From a bacterium (GTDB taxonomy: Bacteria > UBA8248): a stretch of 64,000 nucleotides of DNA. The notes beneath the pieces are model-generated. The model had not been told where the DNA came from and made no database searches. It saw only the letters and a list, made by a program, of their open reading frames with translations. Both the position numbers and the translations under genes were made by a program. Positions 1 through 8,545 of this stretch are shown here, one piece after another (position 1 is the first letter of the stretch; each line of letters opens with the position of its first letter). The stretch lies in contig OZ241326.1 in assembly GCA_965199855.1 (NCBI GenBank), positions 1,728,001 to 1,792,000 of the forward strand, in the 5' to 3' direction.

Positions 1-33
1 CGCCTTCGCGCGGCTTGCGCTTCTCCTGGCCAT
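1..33 (-). CDS. 5' end of a gene running off the left edge (MARRSASRAKA...), possibly the UxaA/GarD-type large subunit partner of the SAF protein
   Basis: ATG at 33 (minus strand) with purine-rich RBS GGGAGGGGG just downstream of the SAF gene stop; only 11 codons visible. Confidence 0.35.
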   Translation of the reverse strand, partial: MARRSASRAKA

Positions 34-47
34 GATGTCCCCCTCCC

Positions 48-341
48 CTAGGCGAGGTCGCCGCGGCCGCGGGCGCTCTCTATGTTGTGAACGTGAATGT
101 AGTCGCCCGCCTGGATGTCCCTGCTCGCCACCCCGATGGAGAGGCCGTATTTCATGCAATGCTCGCCCTTTTTGAGGGGCTTGACGCAGATTTTGTGAAT
201 GTAGGGAATCGCCTGGTTCGCCTTGAGCGTCCTGCCCATCTTTCCGTTGAGCATCAGGCGCACCGACCCTCCCTTCTCCACCGCCTCGAGGCAGGTGGCT
301 ACGTTGTCTCCCTTTTCGATGACCATGGCGGTTGCCGGCAT
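48..341 (-). CDS. UxaA-family hydro-lyase small (SAF domain) subunit (altronate dehydratase / SuyA-like)
   Basis: DNVAT, IPYIHK, KYGLSIG and IHVHNIES motifs typical of SAF-domain dehydratase subunits; RBS GGAGGAG. Confidence 0.85.
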   Translation of the reverse strand: MPATAMVIEKGDNVATCLEAVEKGGSVRLMLNGKMGRTLKANQAIPYIHKICVKPLKKGEHCMKYGLSIGVASRDIQAGDYIHVHNIESARGRGDLA

Positions 342-449
342 GTCTCCTCCTTCGTGAACCCGGATTGCGGGGGCGCTTCCCGTCGGCGAACCGCAAACCT
401 AGCGCATGGCGGGCCGCGATTCAACGAACGCGGGCGTTTCTCGCCCGAA

Positions 450-1499
450 TCAGCCTCTCGCCAGCGGCTGCGCGCCGACTTCCTCCGCTATGCGGTCCAG
501 GTCCCGGACGAGGGCCTCCTTGAGCGCGACGCCCTCGGCCAGGGCGGCGCGGTATCTGCGGTGCGCCCCCTCGCCCGGAATGCGGATTTCATCGAAGCCG
601 GGCGCCAGGCCCGACGCCTTGATTCGCGCGATCGCCGCGTCGACCGCCGCCCTGTAGTCGCCGCCCAGGCACCTGTCCGGGTCTATCGCCAGGGCGAACA
701 TCGGCAGGCCGAAGGGCTCCTCCTTCTCCAGCCAGTCGGGCTGGTCGGCGTCGAAGCCGTTGCCGGAGAGCGCCCCCGTCAGAAAGGTGAACATGAGCGC
801 GAGGCCGTAGCCCTTGTGTTCGGCCAGGGGCAGCATCGTCCCCCGGGCGGCGAGGGCGGCGTCCGTGGTCGGGCTGCCGGAGGGGTCGAGCGCCCAGCCC
901 TCGGGAATCGGCTCGCCCGCCTTCGCCGCCAGCAGGACGTAGCCTCTCGCCACCCTGGAGGTGGCGATGTCGAAGAGGACGGGATATTCCTGCCCGGAGG
1001 GGATGGCGAAGGCCACCGGGTTGTTGCCGATCATTCTCTCGGCGCCGCCCCAGGGGGCGAGGTTTCCCACCGCGCCGCTGATGACCACGCCGATCATGCC
1101 GTGCTCGAGCGCCATGGCGGCGAAGTAGCCGACGTGGCCCGTGTGGGAGGACCTGCGGATGGCGGCCGCGCCGACGCCGCCGGCCTTCGCCTTCTCGATG
1201 GCGGCGCGCATGGCGCGGCGGGCGACGACGGCGCTCATGCCGTAGTCGCCGTCGAGCAGCGAGAAGGCGGGCAGGTCGGTGATGGTCCGCACGCGCGGCC
1301 TCGGGTTCGCCGTTCCGTTCCGGAGGCGCTCCACGAAGACCCCGAAGCGGACGCAGCCGTGCGAGCTCACCCCCCTGAGCTCGGCGTCCACGAGCTGGGC
1401 CGCGCACGCGCCCGCGTCCGGCGCGGAGAGGCCGAGGGCCTCATAGACGCGCGAGAGATATTGAAGAAGCTCCTCCGCGTCCACCCTGACGTCCGGCAT
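450..1499 (-). CDS. Ldh_2 family (malate/L-lactate/sulfolactate/ureidoglycolate) dehydrogenase
   Basis: C-terminal 349 aa of track ORF 450..3242; LRGVSSHG, SSHTG, GNNPVAFAIP, DIATS, HKGYGL and RIPGE motifs. Confidence 0.9.
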   Translation of the reverse strand: MPDVRVDAEELLQYLSRVYEALGLSAPDAGACAAQLVDAELRGVSSHGCVRFGVFVERLRNGTANPRPRVRTITDLPAFSLLDGDYGMSAVVARRAMRAAIEKAKAGGVGAAAIRRSSHTGHVGYFAAMALEHGMIGVVISGAVGNLAPWGGAERMIGNNPVAFAIPSGQEYPVLFDIATSRVARGYVLLAAKAGEPIPEGWALDPSGSPTTDAALAARGTMLPLAEHKGYGLALMFTFLTGALSGNGFDADQPDWLEKEEPFGLPMFALAIDPDRCLGGDYRAAVDAAIARIKASGLAPGFDEIRIPGEGAHRRYRAALAEGVALKEALVRDLDRIAEEVGAQPLARG

Positions 1500-1619
1500 G
1501 CCGCCTCCCCGCGCGGGCGGGAAGCCGCGCGCGAGCCCCGGCGCCTCTTGGCGAGGGGGCGAAAGAGTGCTAAGAGCTGTTTCGCTCAAGTGTGCTTTAC
1601 GCCAGGAGGATTCGCAAGG

Positions 1620-2717
1620 GTGAAAGCGTGGCGCTTCTACGCCTTCGGCGACATGCGGCTGGACGAGGTGCCCGACCCCGATGTGCGGCCGGGGTGGGCG
1701 CTGTGCAGGGTGCGGCGGGCGCAGCCGAGCATCACCGACGTCCAGAGGGCGCTGGGCGTGGGAACCATCAACTCCGCGCTTTTGCGGGAAATGCTCGAAA
1801 AACACGCTCCCGTTCAGCTGCTGGGCCACGAGATGAGCGCGGAGGTCGTCGAGGTGGGCGAGGGCGTCTCGACCCTGAAGCCGGGCGACAGGGTGTGCAC
1901 CTCCGGCCACGTCCCCTGCCTCGCGTGCGCCTTCTGCCGCGAGGGCCGGGAGATGTATTGCGCCGACAAGCTCCACGTGGGCATCAACACCCCGGGGGCG
2001 TTCGCCGAGTACGTCTGCCTTCCGGCGCACGGCCTCGTGAAGCCGCCCCAGAGCCTCGACGACGCCTCCATCGCCTGCCTCCAGCCCCTCTCCTCCACGG
2101 TCGCCGCCATGCGGGACGCGAATATCCGCCCCGGCGAGACGGCGGCCATCACCGGCCAGGGGGTCATGGGCCTCTACGCGCTCCAGGCGGCGCGCACCTG
2201 CGGGGCGGGCGCCGTCTGCGTCAGCGACGTGAAGGAGGAGGCGCTCGCCCTGAGCCGCCGGTTCGGGGCGGACGAGGTCATCGACGCGAGGGCGGACGAC
2301 CCGGTCGAGCGGGTGCTGGAGGCGACCGGGGGACGGGGGGCGGACGTCGTCTTCGAGTGCGCCGGCGGGAACGCGGACCAGGGGCTTTCGGGCCACGCCA
2401 CGCTTCATCAGGCGACGCGGATGCTGCGCATCGGCGGGCGCGTCATCCAGATAGCGGGCCTCGTCGGGGAGGCGCGGTTCGACCCGGTGTTCATGCGCTC
2501 GCGGGGGATTCGGTGGATTTTCCCCGAGGGGCACGGCGCGGACACCGTGGCCCTGGGCGGGAGGTGGGTGGCGAGCGGCAGAATCGACGTGCGCTCTCTC
2601 ATCACGCATGAGGAGCGCGGCATCGAGAGCCTGCCCCGCGTGATGGAGATTACGAACGACAAGGCCGGGCATCGGGCCACGAACCCCTGCCAGCTCGTCC
2701 TGGCGGAGGAGGACTGA
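1620..2717 (+). CDS. Medium-chain (MDR) alcohol dehydrogenase-like protein with atypical catalytic Zn site
   Basis: GTG start after RBS AGGAGGA; GHE motif, structural CLACAFC...C, GQGVMG Rossmann motif. Confidence 0.88.
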   Translation: MKAWRFYAFGDMRLDEVPDPDVRPGWALCRVRRAQPSITDVQRALGVGTINSALLREMLEKHAPVQLLGHEMSAEVVEVGEGVSTLKPGDRVCTSGHVPCLACAFCREGREMYCADKLHVGINTPGAFAEYVCLPAHGLVKPPQSLDDASIACLQPLSSTVAAMRDANIRPGETAAITGQGVMGLYALQAARTCGAGAVCVSDVKEEALALSRRFGADEVIDARADDPVERVLEATGGRGADVVFECAGGNADQGLSGHATLHQATRMLRIGGRVIQIAGLVGEARFDPVFMRSRGIRWIFPEGHGADTVALGGRWVASGRIDVRSLITHEERGIESLPRVMEITNDKAGHRATNPCQLVLAEED

Positions 2718-2898
2718 GCCGGAAGGCCGGGCCGGGCGCCGCGCCCGATGACGCCGGCCGGAATCCGAAAAACCTTTGCGTTTCCATGATTCCCGCGCAT
2801 GGCCGGTTGCGCGTGTAAAGGCCGGGGAGCCGGCGGCGCCGGGCGGGCCGGGCGCGCGAATCGCCGCTTTTTTCATCATTTTCAGAGGAGGAGCGAGG

Positions 2899-3687
2899 AT
2901 GGATCTGGGTCTAAAGGGAAAAATCGCCATCGTGACGGGCGCGAGCCGGGGCATCGGCCGCGAATGCGCCCTCGCGCTGGCGAAGGAGGGCGCCCGCGTG
3001 TGCGTGACGGCGCGCGACGAGGCGCTGCTGGCGAAGGCGGCGGAGGACGTGAACGCCGCCGGGGGCGAGGGGATGTTCGTCTCCTCCGATCTGACGACGC
3101 AGGCCGGCTGCGAGAAGGCGGTCGAGGCGTGCGCGGAGCGCTTCGGCGGCGTGGACGTTCTCGTCAACAGCGCCGGCGCGGCGCGGGGCGGAGACATCCT
3201 GACGCTCGACGCGGAGTTCATCACCGAGGCGCTCGCGCTCAAGACCTACGGCTACCTCCGCATGTCCCAGCTCGTCATCCCCCACATGCGGAAGAGCGGC
3301 TGGGGCCGCATCGTGAACGTCGCGGGCGGGGCGGGGACGAGCCCGGCGCGGGGGAACATTCCCACGAGCGCGGCGAACGTCACGGTGCTCAACAACACGC
3401 GGGCGCTCTCCGACGCCGTGGCGGGGGAGGGCATCCAGGTGAACGCCGTCTGCCCGGGCATGACGAACACGCGGCGCGCGCGCGACCTCATGCGGGCGCC
3501 CGCGGAGAAGGCGGGCAAGGACGTGGAGGAGTTTCTGAAGGAGGTGGGCGCCAGGACGCCCGCGGGCAGAATCGCCGAGCCGGAGGAGGTGGCGAACGTC
3601 GTCGTCTTCCTGGCCTCGGCCGCCTGCTCCTACGTGAACGGCAGCTCCATCTACATGGACGGCGGCGCCCGCCGGGGAACGCCCTAG
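2899..3687 (+). CDS. Short-chain dehydrogenase/reductase (SDR)
   Basis: MDLGLKGKIAIVTGASRGIG, LVNSAG, VNAVCPG, DGG; RBS GGAGGAG. Confidence 0.9.
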   Translation: MDLGLKGKIAIVTGASRGIGRECALALAKEGARVCVTARDEALLAKAAEDVNAAGGEGMFVSSDLTTQAGCEKAVEACAERFGGVDVLVNSAGAARGGDILTLDAEFITEALALKTYGYLRMSQLVIPHMRKSGWGRIVNVAGGAGTSPARGNIPTSAANVTVLNNTRALSDAVAGEGIQVNAVCPGMTNTRRARDLMRAPAEKAGKDVEEFLKEVGARTPAGRIAEPEEVANVVVFLASAACSYVNGSSIYMDGGARRGTP

Positions 3688-3820
3688 CCGCCGCGCCTTC
3701 TCCGCGGCCCGGGTTCCGCGAAACCAGCGCCCCGCCGATCTTCCCTCCCGGTTTCCGGCGCGGGCGGAGACGGGCCGCGCCCGCTGAATCGCTCCCGGAC
3801 GGGCCGGCTCTTCCGTGAAG

Positions 3821-3850
3821 TTGACAGGGCGGAGGAGCGCGTGCTGTAAT
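3821..3850 (+). promoter_or_regulatory. Putative sigma70-type promoter of the Liv-type ABC operon
   Basis: TTGACA-18 nt-TGTAAT about 60 nt upstream of ATG 3911. Confidence 0.45.
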
Positions 3851-3910
3851 TCAACCTTCCATAGCATGGACATCGGATTTCCAGTTTTCACCCACGCGGA
3901 GGAGAAGGCG

Positions 3911-5095
3911 ATGAACCATGTCCTTTTGCGAGTTTCGAGACGGGCTTTCTTCTGCGCCGCGCTCGCCGCGGCGATGGGCTTGCTGGGCGGGCCATTCGCC
4001 GCAGAAGCGCCGGCGCAGGGCAAGAAGCCGCTCCGCTTCGGGGTCGCCGACCCCCTGACCGGGCCAGCGGCGATTTTCGGCAAGGATCAGATGCAGGCGG
4101 TGCGCTGGGCGGTCGAGGACATCAACGCCAAAGGCGGCGTCAACGGCCATCCGCTGGAAGCCGTCATCCTGGATCATCAGGCGAAGCCCGAGGTCGGCAT
4201 AGCGATGGTCAACCGCCTCGTCCATGTGGAGAAGGTGCCGGTGTTCATCACCGCGTTCAGCAACGTCGTCAAGGCGGTCGCCCCCATCGCCAACCGCGAG
4301 AAGGTGCTCATGCTGAGCGTCGGGGCGAACGCGCCGGCCATCGCGCGGCTGGGCGACTACGTTTATACGACTTTCCCGCTGGCGGACGTGGACATGAAGG
4401 CGCTGGGCAAATACGCCTTTCAGAAGATGGGCAAGCGCCGCGCCGCCGTCCTCTACGTGAACCACGAGACGGGCCGGGACGGCGCGAAGGTCTTCCGCGA
4501 CAATTTCGTGAAGGCCGGCGGAAAGATCGCCGTCTATGAGTCCTACGAGCAGGAGCGCTCGGACTTCACCGGCCTGGTGCTCAAGGTGAAGTCGGCCAAC
4601 CCCGACATCATCCACATCCACAGCGTCATCCGGGACTTCACGGCCATTGTCGCGCAAATGCGCCAGCTCGGCGTGAAAACCCAGATCACCAGCTACCAGA
4701 CGGCCTTCAACCCGAAGATGATCGAGCAGCTGGGCAAGGGCGCGGAAGGCATCATCGTAACCGCGCTGGCCCCCAGCGTGGAGGACAACAAGAACCTGCC
4801 CGCCTATCTCGAGCGCTGGAAGAAGGCGCATAACCGCACCCCCATCGGGCTGCCCTATACCCAGTATTTCTACGACGCGCCCTACATCGTCGCGGCGCTC
4901 TACAAATGGGTGCTGGACAGGAAGCTGCCGATCACCGGCGAGAACATGCGCAAGGCGCTGATCGCGCAGAAGACGTTCGAGCAGCCCTTGACCAACACAG
5001 TCACCATCAACGACGACCACACGGTCAAAAAGCCGGTCTATTTCTGGCAGGTGAGGGGAGGCAGGTTCACGCTGATCGGATCCCAAAAGGACTGA
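3911..5095 (+). CDS. ABC transporter substrate-binding protein, branched-chain amino acid (LivK/J-like) family
   Basis: SRRAFF (Tat-like) signal; PLTGPAA..G, INAKGGVNG, DFT motifs. Confidence 0.9.
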   Translation: MNHVLLRVSRRAFFCAALAAAMGLLGGPFAAEAPAQGKKPLRFGVADPLTGPAAIFGKDQMQAVRWAVEDINAKGGVNGHPLEAVILDHQAKPEVGIAMVNRLVHVEKVPVFITAFSNVVKAVAPIANREKVLMLSVGANAPAIARLGDYVYTTFPLADVDMKALGKYAFQKMGKRRAAVLYVNHETGRDGAKVFRDNFVKAGGKIAVYESYEQERSDFTGLVLKVKSANPDIIHIHSVIRDFTAIVAQMRQLGVKTQITSYQTAFNPKMIEQLGKGAEGIIVTALAPSVEDNKNLPAYLERWKKAHNRTPIGLPYTQYFYDAPYIVAALYKWVLDRKLPITGENMRKALIAQKTFEQPLTNTVTINDDHTVKKPVYFWQVRGGRFTLIGSQKD

Positions 5096-5158
5096 TCCGA
5101 TCATGCCTCCTCCGGGCGGGCGCGCCCGCCGCAGCGCCGCGCCGGGCGGGGCCGGTTC

Positions 5159-6103
5159 ATGCTGAGCTGGGGGATTGCGGGGCAGCTCCTGTGGACGGGG
5201 CTCGCCGCCGCGACCTATTACTGCCTCTTCGCGGTCGCGTTCGCGCTCGTTCTCAAGGTCAACAAAATATGGAACTTCGCCCAGGCCGGGGTGATGGTGT
5301 TCTCCTACTACGCCCTGCTCGCGGCGTTCCGGCGCTGGGATTTGCCGTTGCTGCCCGCCCTGGCCTTCGGCCTCGCGGTAACGCTCGCCGTCTCGCTCGC
5401 TCTCGAGCGTTGCGCCTTCATGGTTTTCCGCGATCGCAATTCGTCGATCCTGACGCTGTTCATCTTCACCATCGTGTTTTCCGAGTTTTCCGTCTATCTC
5501 ACCGAGCTCGTCTTCGGCACCGAGCCGCAGACGCTCTACGCGAGCCTGCTGTGGCCCGTCGGGTTCTACGCCGGCATCGCGGTGAGTCATTGGGATTTGA
5601 TGGCGATCTCGGTGACGGCGGCGCTGATGCTCGCCCTCTACCTGTTCATCCATCGGACGCGCTACGGACAGCATCTGGTCGCCGTCGCCGACAACGACAG
5701 CCTCGCGGAAATATACGGAATCAGCCGAAAGCGCGCCTACGCCGTTTCGATCTCCATCGCCGCGGTGCTCATCACCGCCGGCATGTATCTTTTCGGAACC
5801 AAGGCGGCGCTGTTTCCCTCCACGCCCCTGCAGCATCTGCTGATCTTCGCCGTCATCGCGACAATTCTCGCCGGCATCGGCAACGTCTTTCGCGCCGGAA
5901 TCGCGGCGGTCGCGCTGGGGCTGATACAGGCCTTCAGCATTCTCGTCATCGCCTCCAAGTGGCAGGCGCTGCTGGCGTATATCCTGATTTTCGTCGTCAT
6001 CATCTTTTTTCCTCGCGGATTCGTCCTGCCGCGCCGGTTGAGAGGCCTGGCGAGGCCGTCGGGCCGCGCGGCTGCGGCGGCCGCCGACGCCGCGGCCGAC
6101 TGA
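5159..6103 (+). CDS. ABC transporter permease, LivH-like
   Basis: Hydrophobic; NFAQA, RTRYG..LVAVADN, ILAGIG. Confidence 0.88.
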   Translation: MLSWGIAGQLLWTGLAAATYYCLFAVAFALVLKVNKIWNFAQAGVMVFSYYALLAAFRRWDLPLLPALAFGLAVTLAVSLALERCAFMVFRDRNSSILTLFIFTIVFSEFSVYLTELVFGTEPQTLYASLLWPVGFYAGIAVSHWDLMAISVTAALMLALYLFIHRTRYGQHLVAVADNDSLAEIYGISRKRAYAVSISIAAVLITAGMYLFGTKAALFPSTPLQHLLIFAVIATILAGIGNVFRAGIAAVALGLIQAFSILVIASKWQALLAYILIFVVIIFFPRGFVLPRRLRGLARPSGRAAAAAADAAAD

Positions 6104-6110
6104 GCGCGGC

Positions 6111-7025
6111 GTGGAATATCTCCTGACCGTGGTCGTGCTGATCGGGATCAACGTGATCCTCGCCGCGAGCTTCAACCTGATCCTGGGCTACGGCGGCCTG
6201 ATGAGCGTCGCCCACCCCGTCTTCTACGCTATCGGCGCCTATTGCTCCGGCCTGCTGGCGATTCACCTCGGGGTTCCGGTCGCGCTGGCGATCCTGACGG
6301 GCGCACTGGTCGCGACGGCGCTCTCGGTCGGCGTGTCGCTGCCCTCGCTTCGCGTGTCGGGAGATTATCTCGTCATCGCCAGCATCGGCTTCCAGCTGGG
6401 CGTCCTGCACGTCATCAACAACCTCGACTTCACGGGCGCGGCCGGGGGACTGACCAACATTCCGGTGCTGACCGAAGGGCCGGCCCGAAGCCTCGTCTTC
6501 GCGCTGATCGTCGCGGCCGCCGCCGCCGGCTCGGTTCTCCTGGTGGGCTGGATCGTCGAGGGGGACTACGGGCGGGCCATCACCGCCATGCGCAACGACG
6601 AGGAGGCTTTCAGCGCCCTGGGCCGCAGCGCGATAAACGCCAAAATCGTCCTGTTCGCCATCGGTTCGGGCATGGCCGGGCTGGCCGGCGCGCTTTACGC
6701 CCACTACTTCGCCTATGTCACGCCCGAGCAGTTCGGCATCTTCACCTCCGCGGCCCTGCTTACGATGGTGGTCGTGGGCGGTGCCGCCACGACGTGGGGC
6801 CCGCCGGTGGGCGCCGCGCTCCTGACCGCCCTTCCGCAGGGCATCACGTTTCTCGACCTGCCCGTCTCCGTCATGGCGCCGCTCCAGGGCGTCATCTATA
6901 CCTCGCTCGTCATATTTTTTCTCTTCGCGCGGCCCCAGGGACTCATGGGGGGTAGCCGCGGCGGCGGGGGACTCGACGCCTGGAGCGCGAGCGCGGCCTT
7001 CAAGGCGCGGAGGCGGCCGAAATGA
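6111..7025 (+). CDS. ABC transporter permease, LivM-like
   Basis: NLILGYGGLMSVAH, LRVSGDYLVI, MVVVGG, RPQGL. Confidence 0.9.
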   Translation: MEYLLTVVVLIGINVILAASFNLILGYGGLMSVAHPVFYAIGAYCSGLLAIHLGVPVALAILTGALVATALSVGVSLPSLRVSGDYLVIASIGFQLGVLHVINNLDFTGAAGGLTNIPVLTEGPARSLVFALIVAAAAAGSVLLVGWIVEGDYGRAITAMRNDEEAFSALGRSAINAKIVLFAIGSGMAGLAGALYAHYFAYVTPEQFGIFTSAALLTMVVVGGAATTWGPPVGAALLTALPQGITFLDLPVSVMAPLQGVIYTSLVIFFLFARPQGLMGGSRGGGGLDAWSASAAFKARRRPK

Positions 7026-7780
7026 GCGCGATCATGGAAGTAGAGAAGCTTCGCAAGAGTTTCGGGGGAATCGTGGTTGCGGACGGCGTCAGCCTGAGCC
7101 TGGAGGCGGGGGAGATCGTCGGTCTGATCGGTCCCAACGGCGCGGGGAAAACGTCGCTGTTCAACCTGATCTCCGGGGTGATTCCCCCTGACGCGGGCTC
7201 GATAATCCTGAACGGCCAGCGCGTGGAGCGGATGCCCATGCACCGCCGGGCGCGGATCGGCCTCGCCCGCACCTGGCAGAACACCCGTATGTTTCACTCG
7301 ATGTCGGTGCTCGACAACCTGCTGATAGCGACGCGCCGGTATCCGGGAGAATCCCTGGCGCGCATCATGCTGCGCCGCCGCTCGGTGGACGCCTTTCGCC
7401 GGGACTCGACGCGGAAGGCCGAGGCCCTTCTCGAACGGGTGGGACTCGCGGACAAGACGAACGAAATGGCGGTTGAGCTCTCCTACGGCCAGCAGAAGCG
7501 GATCAGCCTGGCGCGGGCGCTGATGAGCGACGCGGCCTGCCTGCTGCTGGACGAGCCCATGGCGGGCGTCGAGGGACAGACCTACGAGACGATCGTCCGC
7601 GTCATCCGGGAGGAGGCCCGCGCCGGCCGCGCCGTTTGCGTGGTGGAGCACAACATCTCCTTCATCCGCGACATTAGCGACCGGACGGTATTCATGTTCA
7701 ACGGCTGCGTTCTGGCGAGCGGCTCCGTCGATGAACTGACGCGTAGCCGGCAGCTCACGGATCTGTATTTCGGCGCCTGA
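7022..7780 (+). CDS. ABC transporter ATP-binding protein, LivG-like
   Basis: GPNGAGKTS, LSYGQQK, LLLDEP; ATGA overlap with previous gene. Confidence 0.92.
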   Translation: MSAIMEVEKLRKSFGGIVVADGVSLSLEAGEIVGLIGPNGAGKTSLFNLISGVIPPDAGSIILNGQRVERMPMHRRARIGLARTWQNTRMFHSMSVLDNLLIATRRYPGESLARIMLRRRSVDAFRRDSTRKAEALLERVGLADKTNEMAVELSYGQQKRISLARALMSDAACLLLDEPMAGVEGQTYETIVRVIREEARAGRAVCVVEHNISFIRDISDRTVFMFNGCVLASGSVDELTRSRQLTDLYFGA

Positions 7781-7813
7781 TTCCGGGCGCTCTCGAGGGA
7801 GCGGGAGAATCCG

Positions 7814-8497
7814 GTGTTTGAAATCCGCGGCCTCACCGCCCGCTACGGCCCGCTGATCGCCGTGAACGGCGTCTCTCTTTCCTTCGGGCCCGGAGAGCGA
7901 ACGGGGATTTTCGGCCATAATGGTTCGGGCAAATCGACGCTGCTCAAATGCCTGGTCGGCGGCCTGAGCGACGTTTCCGGCGAGGTGACCTTCGACGCGG
8001 CGCCCATCGTTCCCGATCAGGTGTATCGCAACGTTATGCTGGGCATCGGTCTGGTGCCGCAGACCCGGAACGTTTTTCCGAACCTCACGGTTGAGCAGAA
8101 CCTTCGCGTCGCAGGCTCGAAGTCCGGTTCCTCGCTTCTGGAGGAGGTCTATGCCCTGTTCCCGCTGCTGCGGGAGCGCCGGGAGCAGCTCGCGGGATCG
8201 ATGAGCGGCGGAGAGCAGCAGATGCTCGCCGTCTCGCTGGCGCTGATGACCCGGCCGCGCGTCCTTCTGCTCGACGAGCCGACCGCCGGCCTCGCTCCGG
8301 CGGTCGTGAAGGACGTGCTGGAGTCGGTTTCCCGCGTCAACCGGGAGCTTGGCACCGGGCTGATCATCGTCGAGCAGAACGTGCTCGCCGCGCTGGAGAT
8401 CGTGAGCCGCGCGATAGTGCTGAAGGGCGGTCGCGTCGCGTTCGACGGCCCCGGCGAGGAGTTGCGGGCGAAAGAGGATTTGTGGGCCTGGTTCTGA
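7814..8497 (+). CDS. ABC transporter ATP-binding protein, LivF-like
   Basis: GHNGSGKST, MSGGEQQM, LLLDEPTAGL, VEQN. Confidence 0.92.
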   Translation: MFEIRGLTARYGPLIAVNGVSLSFGPGERTGIFGHNGSGKSTLLKCLVGGLSDVSGEVTFDAAPIVPDQVYRNVMLGIGLVPQTRNVFPNLTVEQNLRVAGSKSGSSLLEEVYALFPLLRERREQLAGSMSGGEQQMLAVSLALMTRPRVLLLDEPTAGLAPAVVKDVLESVSRVNRELGTGLIIVEQNVLAALEIVSRAIVLKGGRVAFDGPGEELRAKEDLWAWF

Positions 8498-8545
8498 GCG
8501 GGCGGGAGGAGCCTTTTCGGAACGGCGGAGAAGGCGCGGCCGCCC

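Noticed and set aside
87-3242. 876-aa (+) and 930-aa (-) overlapping ORFs as giant fusion proteins
   Set aside because: Each is a real gene (MDR, Ldh_2) extended upstream by stop-free antisense frames of the divergent neighbour; recognisable domains begin at the internal starts
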